Under the pieces are notes generated by a model. The model saw nothing but the letters and a program-made list of their open reading frames with translations, made no database searches and was not told the origin of the DNA. This document shows, piece by piece, positions 19,068 to 28,678 of a stretch of DNA of 64,000 nucleotides. The position numbers and the translations under genes are program-made. The stretch spans positions 11,971 to 75,970 of IMG/VR virus record IMGVR_UViG_3300031861_000001; one strand, 5' to 3'. Origin of the DNA: a virus. Taxonomy: Duplodnaviria > Caudoviricetes. Position 1 is the stretch's first letter. Every line of letters begins with the position of its first letter.

Positions 19068-19635
19068 AATTAAACCATGTCACTATTGAATATCGTATAC
19101 CTCTTGTTATAGGTCGAATGCCGTGTGGAAACAAAAAATTGGATGGAAAAACCATTACAGATCCTGTCCTTAATTTAGTTATACTAGCACCTTGCCACAT
19201 ATCAATTTCTCCACCTAGATAATCTTCATTTAAAGCAATAATACAAGATAAAACCCTATGATCTTTTGTTCCTGCATCTATATGAGGTTTATAATAATCC
19301 CCTTTTTTATATCGCAATAAGTCATATCCTGTATCATCCTGAATAGAATGTAATGTAGGCTGTATTTGTTTCAATTCTTCTAATAATTTTTGTAAACTTT
19401 GAAATATATTCTTATCTATTTTATTTCTTTTATCATCCGCATTGTTCAGAATTTTAGCGCCCATACACTTTCTGTAGTCCGCTCCATGATCTACTGCTTC
19501 CACATAATCCACTTCTTTATATTCGTTGATTATAGTGTCACAAAAATCTTTCGTAAATATATCATCGAATATATGAAGAAAAGCAGCTAATCGTGTATAG
19601 CCATCATAATTCAGTTTTGTTAAATTTATCATCAC
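19045..19635 (-). CDS. 2OG-Fe(II) oxygenase (P4Hc-like)
   Basis: LLRYKKGDYYKPHIDA, RVLSCIIALNEDYLGGE, FPSNFLFPHGI, RYSIVTW. Confidence 0.9.
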   Translation of the reverse strand: MMINLTKLNYDGYTRLAAFLHIFDDIFTKDFCDTIINEYKEVDYVEAVDHGADYRKCMGAKILNNADDKRNKIDKNIFQSLQKLLEELKQIQPTLHSIQDDTGYDLLRYKKGDYYKPHIDAGTKDHRVLSCIIALNEDYLGGEIDMWQGASITKLRTGSVMVFPSNFLFPHGIRPITRGIRYSIVTWFNYGNPDST

Positions 19636-20125
19636 TGTTTGGGTAATAATGATGTACTAAAGTTTCTCTTGTTTCAGCAAATTCTTTTGAACATCCATTG
19701 TTTATACATCCTATAGGAAACGACGTTATTTTATCGAATCTTTCTTCCGACCAAATCATACAATTTTTATAAACATCGTTGGGATCATCTTTAATTTTTC
19801 GCTTACAAAATATACAACCATAATTCTTATTATTATTTTTGATAACTTTAGGATGAAAGCGAAAAAATGAATTATCAAGTGGGTGAGGATTAATAACAAA
19901 ATACGTTGTCATAAACTCTTTATAGGATAAATCCTTTTTAAAGACAACATCATCTTCACGTTGTAACTTATTCATTTTATATAATTTGTATATCTCTAGT
20001 GTATTTTCATAGGTTGCATAACCAGGTGATCTACAACATGGATTCTTAATGCATTTTTCACAGGGCTGCGTACAAAATGTATTGGGATCTGATTTTAATA
20101 ATTCTTTAAGTTTATGAGGTATCAC
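19604..20125 (-). CDS. YkgJ-like Cys-rich Zn/Fe-S-chelating protein
   Basis: CTQPCEKCIKNPCC, GCIFC, NCMIW, FPIGC. Confidence 0.65.
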   Translation of the reverse strand: MIPHKLKELLKSDPNTFCTQPCEKCIKNPCCRSPGYATYENTLEIYKLYKMNKLQREDDVVFKKDLSYKEFMTTYFVINPHPLDNSFFRFHPKVIKNNNKNYGCIFCKRKIKDDPNDVYKNCMIWSEERFDKITSFPIGCINNGCSKEFAETRETLVHHYYPNSDDKFNKTEL

Positions 20126-21102
20126 TAAAAATTTAGTTTATTTCCTAAGAAAGGATTAATCACGTCAGGAGCCCACTCAGCACCTTCTTCGCCTTCTGCT
20201 GAAGGTACACCAACCCCTTTAAACCAACCCATACGTAATCCGGATTTATTTTGATTAAATGTTCCATCTGCTTCATAACCATCATGGGCTCTACCTAATT
20301 CTATTGCCTGTTCAGTAGGCATCATAATACCAAAATAATCTTCATACAAAACATTCAACTCTTTAACAGTAGTACACGCTTCAAATTTCTTTAATATTTT
20401 TTGAGATGTAACTAACATAGTAGAAAGTCTATCTTGATACTCTTCTGCTTTTTCTAATATTTTATTCGCTAAAGTAGTCTTATCAAAACTTCTTTCTGTT
20501 GCAATATAATCTAAAAATGGAGTGACATGAGATGGATCTGAATCACCATATGTCAACCATTCTCTTGCTTCGTGTTTTTGTATTTCCCAAGTAGCTGCTT
20601 CTAATTCAGAAACCTTTCTAATATATTTTAACCGATTACTATACTCGTTTTCTATAATTTCTTTAGCGAATTTATACATAAAAGAAACTGTATTAGAAAT
20701 TTCTTCAGCTGTCATTGATCTTTTAACTTTGTTACCAGACGGAGGGGGTGAATCGGAAGATCTTAATGGAAAAGTTGATTCATCATCCATTGCCCATGTA
20801 TAATGAACTTCAGGTGAGCTTTCAAAAATGCTTATTTCATCTCTAATTTCACTAAAAAATTGTATTCCTTGAATTGCTTCAGTTGCTGATACTTCTTCAA
20901 AAGACCTACCTAAACTAGGTCGTATAGTTTCTAATAAAGCTGACGATATTTTTACACATACTAATCCCATTAACGTATATTCTGCTCTACAAAACATATT
21001 CCAATCACCTGAAAGGCCGTCTTCATAAAAAGGTCTTATAGCGTCTTCATCAATGATAATATATTTAAAAGCAAAATCTGCTTCAGCAGTACGAATAGTC
21101 AT
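20125..21102 (-). CDS. Hypothetical protein (tail-fibre assembly/chaperone-like C-terminal half)
   Basis: E..TWEIQKHEAREW....TPFLDYIA..R...K..LANKIL.KA resembles fibre-associated chaperones. Confidence 0.5.
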   Translation of the reverse strand: MTIRTAEADFAFKYIIIDEDAIRPFYEDGLSGDWNMFCRAEYTLMGLVCVKISSALLETIRPSLGRSFEEVSATEAIQGIQFFSEIRDEISIFESSPEVHYTWAMDDESTFPLRSSDSPPPSGNKVKRSMTAEEISNTVSFMYKFAKEIIENEYSNRLKYIRKVSELEAATWEIQKHEAREWLTYGDSDPSHVTPFLDYIATERSFDKTTLANKILEKAEEYQDRLSTMLVTSQKILKKFEACTTVKELNVLYEDYFGIMMPTEQAIELGRAHDGYEADGTFNQNKSGLRMGWFKGVGVPSAEGEEGAEWAPDVINPFLGNKLNF

Positions 21103-22256
21103 TAACTAACTCCAACATTAGTTATAGTTGCAGCGCCCGCAGCACAACAACCCGAAGATTGACCGTAATGTCCTTTTGGCATACATGTCGCTCCCATTGT
21201 TGTCTGAGCATCATTACTATGGACATACTTTACAGTATGATTGTTTTGTTGTCCATCATAATGTCCCATTTGATAGCCCCAATCTTGACCCATTTCAGGA
21301 TTCTCTTCTCCACATGATCTTACTTTAGCAAATGTAGAAATAGTTGATCCATTAGAATCTGAAAATTTATGTTGGTGCGTTGTAACATTATTACCACTAC
21401 CCAAATAATGATGTCCATATTTTGTACTTAAACATTTACAATGTCCGTCTCCAAAACTTCCACCCCATCCGGATGAATGCCATGAATGACTTGAAAATGT
21501 TACTGCATGTTTTACGTTAGATGAAAACATCGCCCAACCGCTATTTTCTCCATGGGCTCCTGTTGCGGGTTTTCCACTTGATGGACATGATGTTACTGTA
21601 TACATTATTTCTGTTGGATAATGCATATTATTAACCTCTGTGGTGCCGCCGCCAGCATATACACCACGTTGTGATATAATTCCTGCCATGCCAGCAGAAT
21701 CTCCTATGGATGAATTAAAGTTCCAGCCACCTACGTCACCAGCATATCCGCCAGTCCCATAATCAAGTCCTTGATTTTTTGGGTCATTACCAACATATCC
21801 ATAACTAACACCTGAAGATGCAAAACCGCCAGTAGTTGTTATTTTTCTTGTTTGTCCATTTGCAAGGCTATAACTAGATAAATTAGTACCAGATGTAGTG
21901 TGTCCATTATTTTGTAAGTATCCGTTATGGTCGCTAAAGTTACCGTCTAAATATGATCCTTCTCGATCTAACTGTTCCCCACAATATAATGTTGTATCTG
22001 TTTGGTGCCATGTTTTATTTGTACATCTCCATGCATTACTTCCTTTATACCCTGCGGCCAAATAACCGTGAGTATATAAAGACCTATATCTCCATCCTGA
22101 AGCTACAGTCGCAGCTGGTCCACCTGGATAAGACCAATACGCATCACCTGATCCCGATGGAGATCCACTAGATCCTGTACCTGAATGTAAAGGAGAACCA
22201 AATGTATTCGCATCTTGATTTGGAACTACTGTATACGATCCAATTTTAAAAGCCAT
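21102..22256 (-). CDS. Gly/Ser/His/Cys-rich beta-propeller-like protein, paralogue 2
   Basis: Repeating GY..GG / W..TNK blade-like motifs; near-colinear with 22256..23401. Confidence 0.55.
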   Translation of the reverse strand: MAFKIGSYTVVPNQDANTFGSPLHSGTGSSGSPSGSGDAYWSYPGGPAATVASGWRYRSLYTHGYLAAGYKGSNAWRCTNKTWHQTDTTLYCGEQLDREGSYLDGNFSDHNGYLQNNGHTTSGTNLSSYSLANGQTRKITTTGGFASSGVSYGYVGNDPKNQGLDYGTGGYAGDVGGWNFNSSIGDSAGMAGIISQRGVYAGGGTTEVNNMHYPTEIMYTVTSCPSSGKPATGAHGENSGWAMFSSNVKHAVTFSSHSWHSSGWGGSFGDGHCKCLSTKYGHHYLGSGNNVTTHQHKFSDSNGSTISTFAKVRSCGEENPEMGQDWGYQMGHYDGQQNNHTVKYVHSNDAQTTMGATCMPKGHYGQSSGCCAAGAATITNVGVS

Positions 22257-23401
22257 TAGCTAACTCCCACGTTTGTTATACTCGCCGCCCCAGGAGCTCC
22301 ACACCCCGATGATGTACCGAAATGTCCTTTTGGCATACAGGCTGCTCCCATAGTCGTTCGCGAATCATTGCTGTATATATATTTAACTGTGTGATTATTC
22401 TGTTGGCCATCATAATGGCCCATTTGATATCCATGATCCTGACCCATTTCTGGATTTTCTTCTCCACATGACCTTACTTTTCCTGGGTTAGAAATTTTAC
22501 TACCGTTAGAATCTGAAAATTTTTGTTCGCTACTTGTCACATTATTTCCGGTACCTACATAATGATGACCATATTTTGTACTTAATGCTTTTGGTTGGCA
22601 ATCACCACAACCATCTCCCCATCCACTTGAATGCCAAGAATCATTAGATAATGTTAATCCATAACGAACATTATTTGCATATTCACACCAACCATTATTC
22701 TCACCGTGAGCACCCGTTGCTGGTTTTCCACTAGATGGGCAAGCAGTTGTAGTATACATTATTTCTGTTGGGTAATGTAATTTGCAAGTTTCTGTAGTTC
22801 CTCCACCTGACCAATAACCATCTTGATTTTTTATAGCGGCAACTCCTGATGAATCACCACATGATGTTTGAAAATTCCATCCACCTACATCGCCACTATA
22901 TCCTGCACCGCCGTAATCAAGTCCTTGATTTTTTGGGTCATTACCAACATATCCATATGATACTCCTGTAGAAGAAAATCCTCCTGTGGTCGTTATTTTT
23001 CGTGTTTGACCGTTTGAGAGACTATAACTTGATAAATTAGTTCCTGTGGTTGCGTGACCGTTATTTTGTAAATAGCCATTATGATCACTAAAATTGCCAT
23101 CCAAATATGAGCCTTCTCTATCCAGTTGCTCTCCGCAATATAACGTTGTATCAGTTTGGTGCCACGTTTTATTTGTAGTTCTCCATGCATTACTGCCCTT
23201 ATATCCAGCAGCCATATATCCGTGTGTGTATATTGATCTATAACGCCAACCAGATGCTGCAGCAGTATAGGGTCCACCTGGATATGCCCAATAACCGTCT
23301 CTGGTAGCACCATCTCCTGCATGTAATTCAGACCCATATGTATTTGCCGACATATTCGGAATAACTAAATTATTTGCGTGGGAACCAATTTTATAAGCCA
23401 T
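22256..23401 (-). CDS. Gly/Ser/His/Cys-rich beta-propeller-like protein, paralogue 1
   Basis: Long identical peptides shared with 21102..22256 (TNKTWHQTDTTLYCGEQLDREGSYLDGNFSDHNGYLQNNGH; VRSCGEENPEMGQD). Confidence 0.55.
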   Translation of the reverse strand: MAYKIGSHANNLVIPNMSANTYGSELHAGDGATRDGYWAYPGGPYTAAASGWRYRSIYTHGYMAAGYKGSNAWRTTNKTWHQTDTTLYCGEQLDREGSYLDGNFSDHNGYLQNNGHATTGTNLSSYSLSNGQTRKITTTGGFSSTGVSYGYVGNDPKNQGLDYGGAGYSGDVGGWNFQTSCGDSSGVAAIKNQDGYWSGGGTTETCKLHYPTEIMYTTTACPSSGKPATGAHGENNGWCEYANNVRYGLTLSNDSWHSSGWGDGCGDCQPKALSTKYGHHYVGTGNNVTSSEQKFSDSNGSKISNPGKVRSCGEENPEMGQDHGYQMGHYDGQQNNHTVKYIYSNDSRTTMGAACMPKGHFGTSSGCGAPGAASITNVGVS

Positions 23402-25220
23402 GATCGTGACTCTTTAATTCTGATTTTAATTTATCAATTTGTTTTTGTTGTTCTTTAATTGCTTCTATTAATAATGGAACCATTGATGCATAATCTACAG
23501 TTAAATAATCCTTACCTGACCGTGATTTTCCTTCCATATCTCTATCAAATGGTGCTAATGAAACAACTTCAGGTAAGACTTTTTGAACATCTTGTGCAAT
23601 AAGACCTACTCGCTTTTTATCAGGATTCCATTCACTCCCAACTACTTCGCTAATATTATCCACCCAATCATATGTTATACCTTTAAGTTGTGTAATTTTT
23701 TTAATAGCACTTGTTATAGGTACTTTATTCTCTTTTAATCTTTCATCTGATGCACTAGATGTAACATCTCCTGTAGCAGATATACCACCAGAAACATACA
23801 ATTTATCGCTTGGACTAGTAGATCCGATGCCTACGTTTCCAGAGGGGAGAAAGGTCATTTTAATTGTACCACTCGCACCATCACCTTGAAGAATGTCTAA
23901 TCTATTAGCACTATAATTAGTATTCAGTGACCACGTGTCTCCACCACCCCTAAGTGAAATTTCTGCCGGTCCACTAGTGTTGTAAGCATATATCTGTGGT
24001 TCCGCCGGTCCAGCTCCAAAAGCGCCTTGAACACGAACACCTGTCGATTCAACTACCATTCGCTCTGTACCACCTGTATCGAACCTGATTTTATCTTCGT
24101 CTGCTGATTCTTCCATTTGAATCTTTGTATCATTGTCAGCATCTGAGATAGCATCAGTGGAAAGACCGGATTGCATATATGTTCTGACAGTATCAACATT
24201 GGTCATCGCCATTGTACCACCATCATTAATCAAAATACCATCACCTGAAGCGAGAGCAGTAGTACCTCTTGCAGTGCCGCCATCAATCAGATTTATTTCT
24301 GTAGTTGTTACGGTCGCTCCATCCAGTATATTAAGTTCTGCTGCAGTAGAAGTTGCTCCATCCAGTATATTAAGTTCTGTAGCATCTGAAGTTATTGCTG
24401 CCAACTTTGTAAAATCTGCTTGTATAAGTCCAGAAACACCATCTAAAAGATTGAGTTCAGTTGCATCTGAAGTTATTGCTGCCAACTTTGTAAAATCTGC
24501 TTGTACAAGTCCTGAAACCGCATTTAATAAATTAAGTTCTGCAGCTGTTGATGTAACACCATCTAATATATTTAACTCTGCAGCTGTTGATGTAACACCA
24601 TCTAATATATTTAACTCTGCGGCTGTTGATGTAACACCATCTAATATATTTAACTCTGCTGTGGTAGATGTAACACCATCTAAAAGATTGAGTTCTGCTG
24701 TGGTAGATGTAACACCATCTAAAAGATTGAGTTCTGCTGCAGATGAAGTTATTGCCGCACCATTCAACTGAAAGGTTTTGCCAGAAGCAAGATTAATGTG
24801 TTCAGACGAAGTCCAAGCATCAGTTGAATTGACCCAGTTAAAAGTCTTGTCAGTTGCACCTTTGAGTGTAATACCTCCACCATCAGCGGTTATATCAGTT
24901 GGTGTTGCAACATTACCCAATTCAATATTTTTATCATCAACTGTAAGAGTAGTAGTGTCCACTGTGGTTGTGGTGCCACTAACAACTAAATTTCCTGCAA
25001 CAGCAACTGTTCCATCTGCTATTATTTTAAATCTTGACACGCCGGCGGTTGAAAATTCTAAAACATCATCGGCACTTTGAAACAAACCAGTATCTGCATC
25101 ACCAAAAGCTAAAACAGGTAAGGTGGCAGACTGCGAAGCAATAGGTCTTCGAAGTAGCAGTTGTCGTACTTGACCCTTACCTACCCTTTCACTAGTTGTC
25201 TGTAAATTTACAAATCTCAT
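23391..25220 (-). CDS. Tail fibre/spike protein with internal 13-aa repeats and C-terminal S74 intramolecular chaperone
   Basis: GNLVVSGTTTTVDTTTLTVDDKNIELG, TSTAAELNILDGV repeats, GNVGIGSTSP, SDERLKEN...LIEAIKEQQKQI. Confidence 0.85.
   Translation of the reverse strand: MRFVNLQTTSERVGKGQVRQLLLRRPIASQSATLPVLAFGDADTGLFQSADDVLEFSTAGVSRFKIIADGTVAVAGNLVVSGTTTTVDTTTLTVDDKNIELGNVATPTDITADGGGITLKGATDKTFNWVNSTDAWTSSEHINLASGKTFQLNGAAITSSAAELNLLDGVTSTTAELNLLDGVTSTTAELNILDGVTSTAAELNILDGVTSTAAELNILDGVTSTAAELNLLNAVSGLVQADFTKLAAITSDATELNLLDGVSGLIQADFTKLAAITSDATELNILDGATSTAAELNILDGATVTTTEINLIDGGTARGTTALASGDGILINDGGTMAMTNVDTVRTYMQSGLSTDAISDADNDTKIQMEESADEDKIRFDTGGTERMVVESTGVRVQGAFGAGPAEPQIYAYNTSGPAEISLRGGGDTWSLNTNYSANRLDILQGDGASGTIKMTFLPSGNVGIGSTSPSDKLYVSGGISATGDVTSSASDERLKENKVPITSAIKKITQLKGITYDWVDNISEVVGSEWNPDKKRVGLIAQDVQKVLPEVVSLAPFDRDMEGKSRSGKDYLTVDYASMVPLLIEAIKEQQKQIDKLKSELKSHDHGL
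24300..24750. repeat. Coding tandem repeat with a 39-bp unit (13 aa) plus a 78-bp doubled variant
   Basis: gttgatgtaacaccatctaatatatttaactctgc recurs every 39 nt; encodes (T/S)ST(T/A)AELN(I/L)LDGV. Confidence 0.9.
24721..25220. repeat. ~500-bp direct repeat copy A (partner 27601..28100, offset 2880, no indels seen)
   Basis: Identical 50-bp block at 25084-25133 and 27964-28013; both copies begin with ATGAGATTTGTAAATTTA. Confidence 0.85.
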
Positions 25221-25486
25221 GTGCTATCTTCTATTAAACTTGCTACTCCTAATTCACTTACTTGATGTGTATTATTTATTGTATCCATAACATCCTCATA
25301 AGTTTTTATCATGGTCATATCTTCAAATGATTGAAGGTTATAATAAACTACTGTTTTTTCTTCTAACCATTCAATCTTGTTAGTTGAAATATTGTGTGTA
25401 GCTGTTTCTTCATAATGTGTATTATCTTCAAACACAAATCCAGTAATGGACATATCTGATTTTTTGTATTCCATATAAATTTCCAT
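25217..25486 (-). CDS. Hypothetical protein
   Basis: ORF track; stop overlaps the fibre ATG (ATGA). Confidence 0.55.
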   Translation of the reverse strand: MEIYMEYKKSDMSITGFVFEDNTHYEETATHNISTNKIEWLEEKTVVYYNLQSFEDMTMIKTYEDVMDTINNTHQVSELGVASLIEDST

Positions 25487-25496
25487 TAGAATGCCC

Positions 25497-26084
25497 TTAT
25501 TGTGTAACGGTAATTGGAATTTCCGTTTTATGCTCCGGTTGATGATTATTATTGGATTGTGTTCCTAAGAACGATAAAGACTGTTCATAGTTCCCAATTC
25601 CTGCTCCAGTACCACCAATATATTTTGCATAAAAAGTAAAATGAGGTTCCCTGGCGGCATGAGCACATTTAAAGAAAAATGTGGCACCATTGTTGCCAGC
25701 ATCGGTGCTAAGATAATAGCAATTTACAGTTAATGAAACACCATATGCCCCGCCACCTGGATCTATATTACAAAATCTATAGCAGAGTGAGTGGTTTGCA
25801 CCCCCATGATCGGCAATGTGTGCGTGATTATTCGATTGCACAAGAGTAAACTTTTGAAGTATGGCAGATGAGGCATGACCTCCAGCTATATGACAATGAA
25901 TATCCCAAACTCCGGGGGTTCCTGCACTAGAATATCCTCCGGGTGAAACAAGTTTATACCATGAATACATCGTGGTGTGAGAGGGACTAACAGTTGATCT
26001 ACTGCTATGAACCCATTCTTGAACAGTAGACCCATTATCGCCTCTGAGTACTTTTTTATGTGTGATTTTCATTGTTTTCGTCAA
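25497..26084 (-). CDS. Hypothetical beta-rich virion/fibre-tip-like protein
   Basis: Within the fibre cassette; His/Gly/Tyr-rich. Confidence 0.5.
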   Translation of the reverse strand: MTKTMKITHKKVLRGDNGSTVQEWVHSSRSTVSPSHTTMYSWYKLVSPGGYSSAGTPGVWDIHCHIAGGHASSAILQKFTLVQSNNHAHIADHGGANHSLCYRFCNIDPGGGAYGVSLTVNCYYLSTDAGNNGATFFFKCAHAAREPHFTFYAKYIGGTGAGIGNYEQSLSFLGTQSNNNHQPEHKTEIPITVTQ

Positions 26085-26359
26085 TCGGGTTTTGGAATAT
26101 CGGCCTTTATTTTCTTTATGGCATCATCCCATCTAGTACCACCATCCAAACTATCATCGTATTGTAATTCAAATTGGTTTAGGTGGAAGTATGCTTCTTT
26201 TCTGTCCCTCTGATATTGAGTTGCTGCCCATACAATATCATCTGCTTTTGCCTGAGCAACCATTTCATCATAACGCTCTATTGCTTCCTCTCTTGAACCA
26301 AACATCTCTGTTAAAGCCTTTAATGACTCCTCTTCCATTTCATCAACAGGTGTTGCCAT
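26081..26359 (-). CDS. Tail-fibre assembly chaperone-like protein
   Basis: YQRDRKEAY...QFELQYDD...W.DAIKKIKADIPKP pattern typical of small fibre-associated proteins. Confidence 0.6.
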   Translation of the reverse strand: MATPVDEMEEESLKALTEMFGSREEAIERYDEMVAQAKADDIVWAATQYQRDRKEAYFHLNQFELQYDDSLDGGTRWDDAIKKIKADIPKPD

Positions 26360-26856
26360 TAGATAATTTCCGTTGAATTATACATGTGCCACGAATTTGC
26401 ACCGCCACTTGGACCGTTATGACCAACAGCACTATCAGAGGTAACATAAGCGGATTCAAAATTCTCCACTATAACATGAAACCTGCGGTAGGAGCTATGA
26501 TCGAACTTAATTTGACACCTTTCATAAGTACTATTATAATTAGCAGGATATGGAGTTCCTATACCCGTATTGTATATGGTCCCAATAGAAGGGTTACCAC
26601 TTCTTGTATGACCATGTATCAGAAAATGACCATAACTTGAGTTAGGTCCATACCAAGTCTCATGGATATGAATATGACAAGCCCCTACACCCCACCAGTG
26701 TCTGCCGTACATCAAAAAGGTACATGTACCACCACTCGCTCCGGTATATGTTGATGTCATAAATCTTTTATGGTAGCTGTTATGAGTAGTTAATGCTGCG
26801 GACTGACTGGCTGTTCTCCCACTAATCGATCCCGAATGGGTTCCAATAAAAGCCAT
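26359..26856 (-). CDS. Hypothetical beta-rich fibre-tip-like protein
   Basis: Within the fibre cassette; RBS AGGAGAA. Confidence 0.5.
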   Translation of the reverse strand: MAFIGTHSGSISGRTASQSAALTTHNSYHKRFMTSTYTGASGGTCTFLMYGRHWWGVGACHIHIHETWYGPNSSYGHFLIHGHTRSGNPSIGTIYNTGIGTPYPANYNSTYERCQIKFDHSSYRRFHVIVENFESAYVTSDSAVGHNGPSGGANSWHMYNSTEII

Positions 26857-26867
26857 TTATTCTCCTT

Positions 26868-28100
26868 CTAAACCTCTGTTAAATCTATTTTAAACTTCTT
26901 GCCCGTTTTCTTATTAATTACAAATATATTTTCATCACCCTCTTGGATAGTCCATTCTCCAGTTGTTCCGTCAATTTCGTTACCACCTTCCTTACCTTCA
27001 TTTGAAAGATGCATATCTGCAGTATATATATTTGCCCATCTTAATGAAGCAGAACCTAAATTTTGTGTATTGTCGGCGCCCGGAGTAATATGACCAGTGG
27101 AACCATGAATTGTCATTCTTGTAACTAAGTTTGCTTCGCCAGCAGAACCATTAGGACAGTTTCTAAAGTTAATATTACTATAGACTCCGTTATTACCTTG
27201 ATAAAAATTATCAACATACAGTTGGGCATCTCCAGTTGAATATCTGAATAATCCTGCTAAATTATCATTATCCTGATACCCTGCACGGAATCCCGGTTTT
27301 TGAGAATCGGCAGCAGATTGAGCATCAATTATGACATTAGTTGCTCTAGCTGAAATCAGGGTTGTTGCTGATACAGTTGCACCTGTTCCAACTGCTAATG
27401 CAGTACCGATTCCTACGTTGCCTGTAAACGTAGGACTAGCTAGGGGTGCATAAGTTGAGGCTGCTGTAGTTGAGGCTAACTTTGTGTTCATCTGTGTTTG
27501 AATAGCAGAAGTTACACCATCAGTATAATTAAGCTCTGCAGTTGTTGCAGTTACACCGTCCAGTATATTAATTTCGGATGCAGTAGAAGTTACACCGTCC
27601 AGTATATTAAGTTCTGCAGCAGATGCAGATATAGCTGCACCATTCAACTGAAAGGTTTTACCAGAAGCAAGATTAATATGTTCAGACGAAGTCCAAGCAT
27701 CAGTTGAATTGATCCAGTTAAAAGTCTTATCGGTCGCACCCTTAAGAGTAATACCACCACCATCGGCAGTTGTATCTGATGGGGTTACAACACTACCCAA
27801 TTCAATATTTTTATCATCTACTGTAAGAGTTGTACTACCGATCGTAGTTGTGGTACCACTAACAACTAAATTTCCGGAAATGGTTGTTATACCGGATGCG
27901 TCCCACTTCATTCTTGAAACGCCAGCAGTTGTTAATTCTAAAACATCATCGGAACTTTGAAAAAAACCAGTATCTGCATCACCAAAAGCTAAAACAGGTA
28001 AGGTGGCAGACTGACCATCAGCAGCTTTTCTAAGTATCATCCGTTTCTTGCTGCCTTTACCTACCCTTTCACTGGTTGCGGATAAATTTACAAATCTCAT
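26868..28100 (-). CDS. Tail fibre protein, paralogue sharing its N-terminus with 23391..25220
   Basis: Same MRFVNL...LPVLAFGDADTG N-terminus, fewer repeats, C-terminal DNTQNLGSASLRWANIYTADMHLSNE...GEWTIQEG. Confidence 0.85.
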   Translation of the reverse strand: MRFVNLSATSERVGKGSKKRMILRKAADGQSATLPVLAFGDADTGFFQSSDDVLELTTAGVSRMKWDASGITTISGNLVVSGTTTTIGSTTLTVDDKNIELGSVVTPSDTTADGGGITLKGATDKTFNWINSTDAWTSSEHINLASGKTFQLNGAAISASAAELNILDGVTSTASEINILDGVTATTAELNYTDGVTSAIQTQMNTKLASTTAASTYAPLASPTFTGNVGIGTALAVGTGATVSATTLISARATNVIIDAQSAADSQKPGFRAGYQDNDNLAGLFRYSTGDAQLYVDNFYQGNNGVYSNINFRNCPNGSAGEANLVTRMTIHGSTGHITPGADNTQNLGSASLRWANIYTADMHLSNEGKEGGNEIDGTTGEWTIQEGDENIFVINKKTGKKFKIDLTEV

Positions 28101-28453
28101 GTACTGTCTACTAATAGATATGAAAGAAAAACATTAACTGATGTGGCAGTATCTGACCATACCTTTAATATATCTGATTCTTCTAAAATGAGCTTGCTGC
28201 TATCTAGGATATCTAATGTGGAATTAACGGAAACGCCAACGTCATTTATAAAAATTATTGCATTTGTGGAAGCACTACTATCTGTTAGTTCTACAGATAT
28301 TTTGATGTCGGCTGAAGCATGCTTATTAGTTACATGTATACCAATTAAAACACACCTTGAACTATTTCCACTTGGACATGTTAAAACTGTTGTGGGGCTG
28401 CCGGAACTATTACTTATATCCTCTACCCAAGCATTTTTAAATGTATTTGCCAT
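28097..28453 (-). CDS. Small virion structural protein
   Basis: MANTFKN...KLILEESDILKVWSDT pattern common beside tail fibres. Confidence 0.6.
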   Translation of the reverse strand: MANTFKNAWVEDISNSSGSPTTVLTCPSGNSSRCVLIGIHVTNKHASADIKISVELTDSSASTNAIIFINDVGVSVNSTLDILDSSKLILEESDILKVWSDTATSVNVFLSYLLVDST

Positions 28454-28463
28454 TTAATCTCCA

Positions 28464-28673
28464 TCATCCAAGTGCAATAGCTAAAGCAAGCGCATCTGAC
28501 TCCGCTTTGTTTAAAACCTCAGTTCTTAACGTAGTTCCTAACTGAGATGAATTTGCTATGAGTGTATTATTTATTTTATATGATTTGGAGGATGCGAGAT
28601 CCACATCACCGGTGCATTCTGTATCACCTGTTATTTTTATTCCGTTGGCTACTTCAAATACTCTTACTGCCAT
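28464..28673 (-). CDS. Small fibre-associated protein
   Basis: Ends ALALAIALG, a terminus typical of such proteins. Confidence 0.55.
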   Translation of the reverse strand: MAVRVFEVANGIKITGDTECTGDVDLASSKSYKINNTLIANSSQLGTTLRTEVLNKAESDALALAIALG

Positions 28674-28678
28674 ATCGT

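Noticed and set aside
24300-24750. CRISPR-like array
   Set aside because: The 39-bp units are contiguous and in-frame coding, with no unique spacers and no cas genes.
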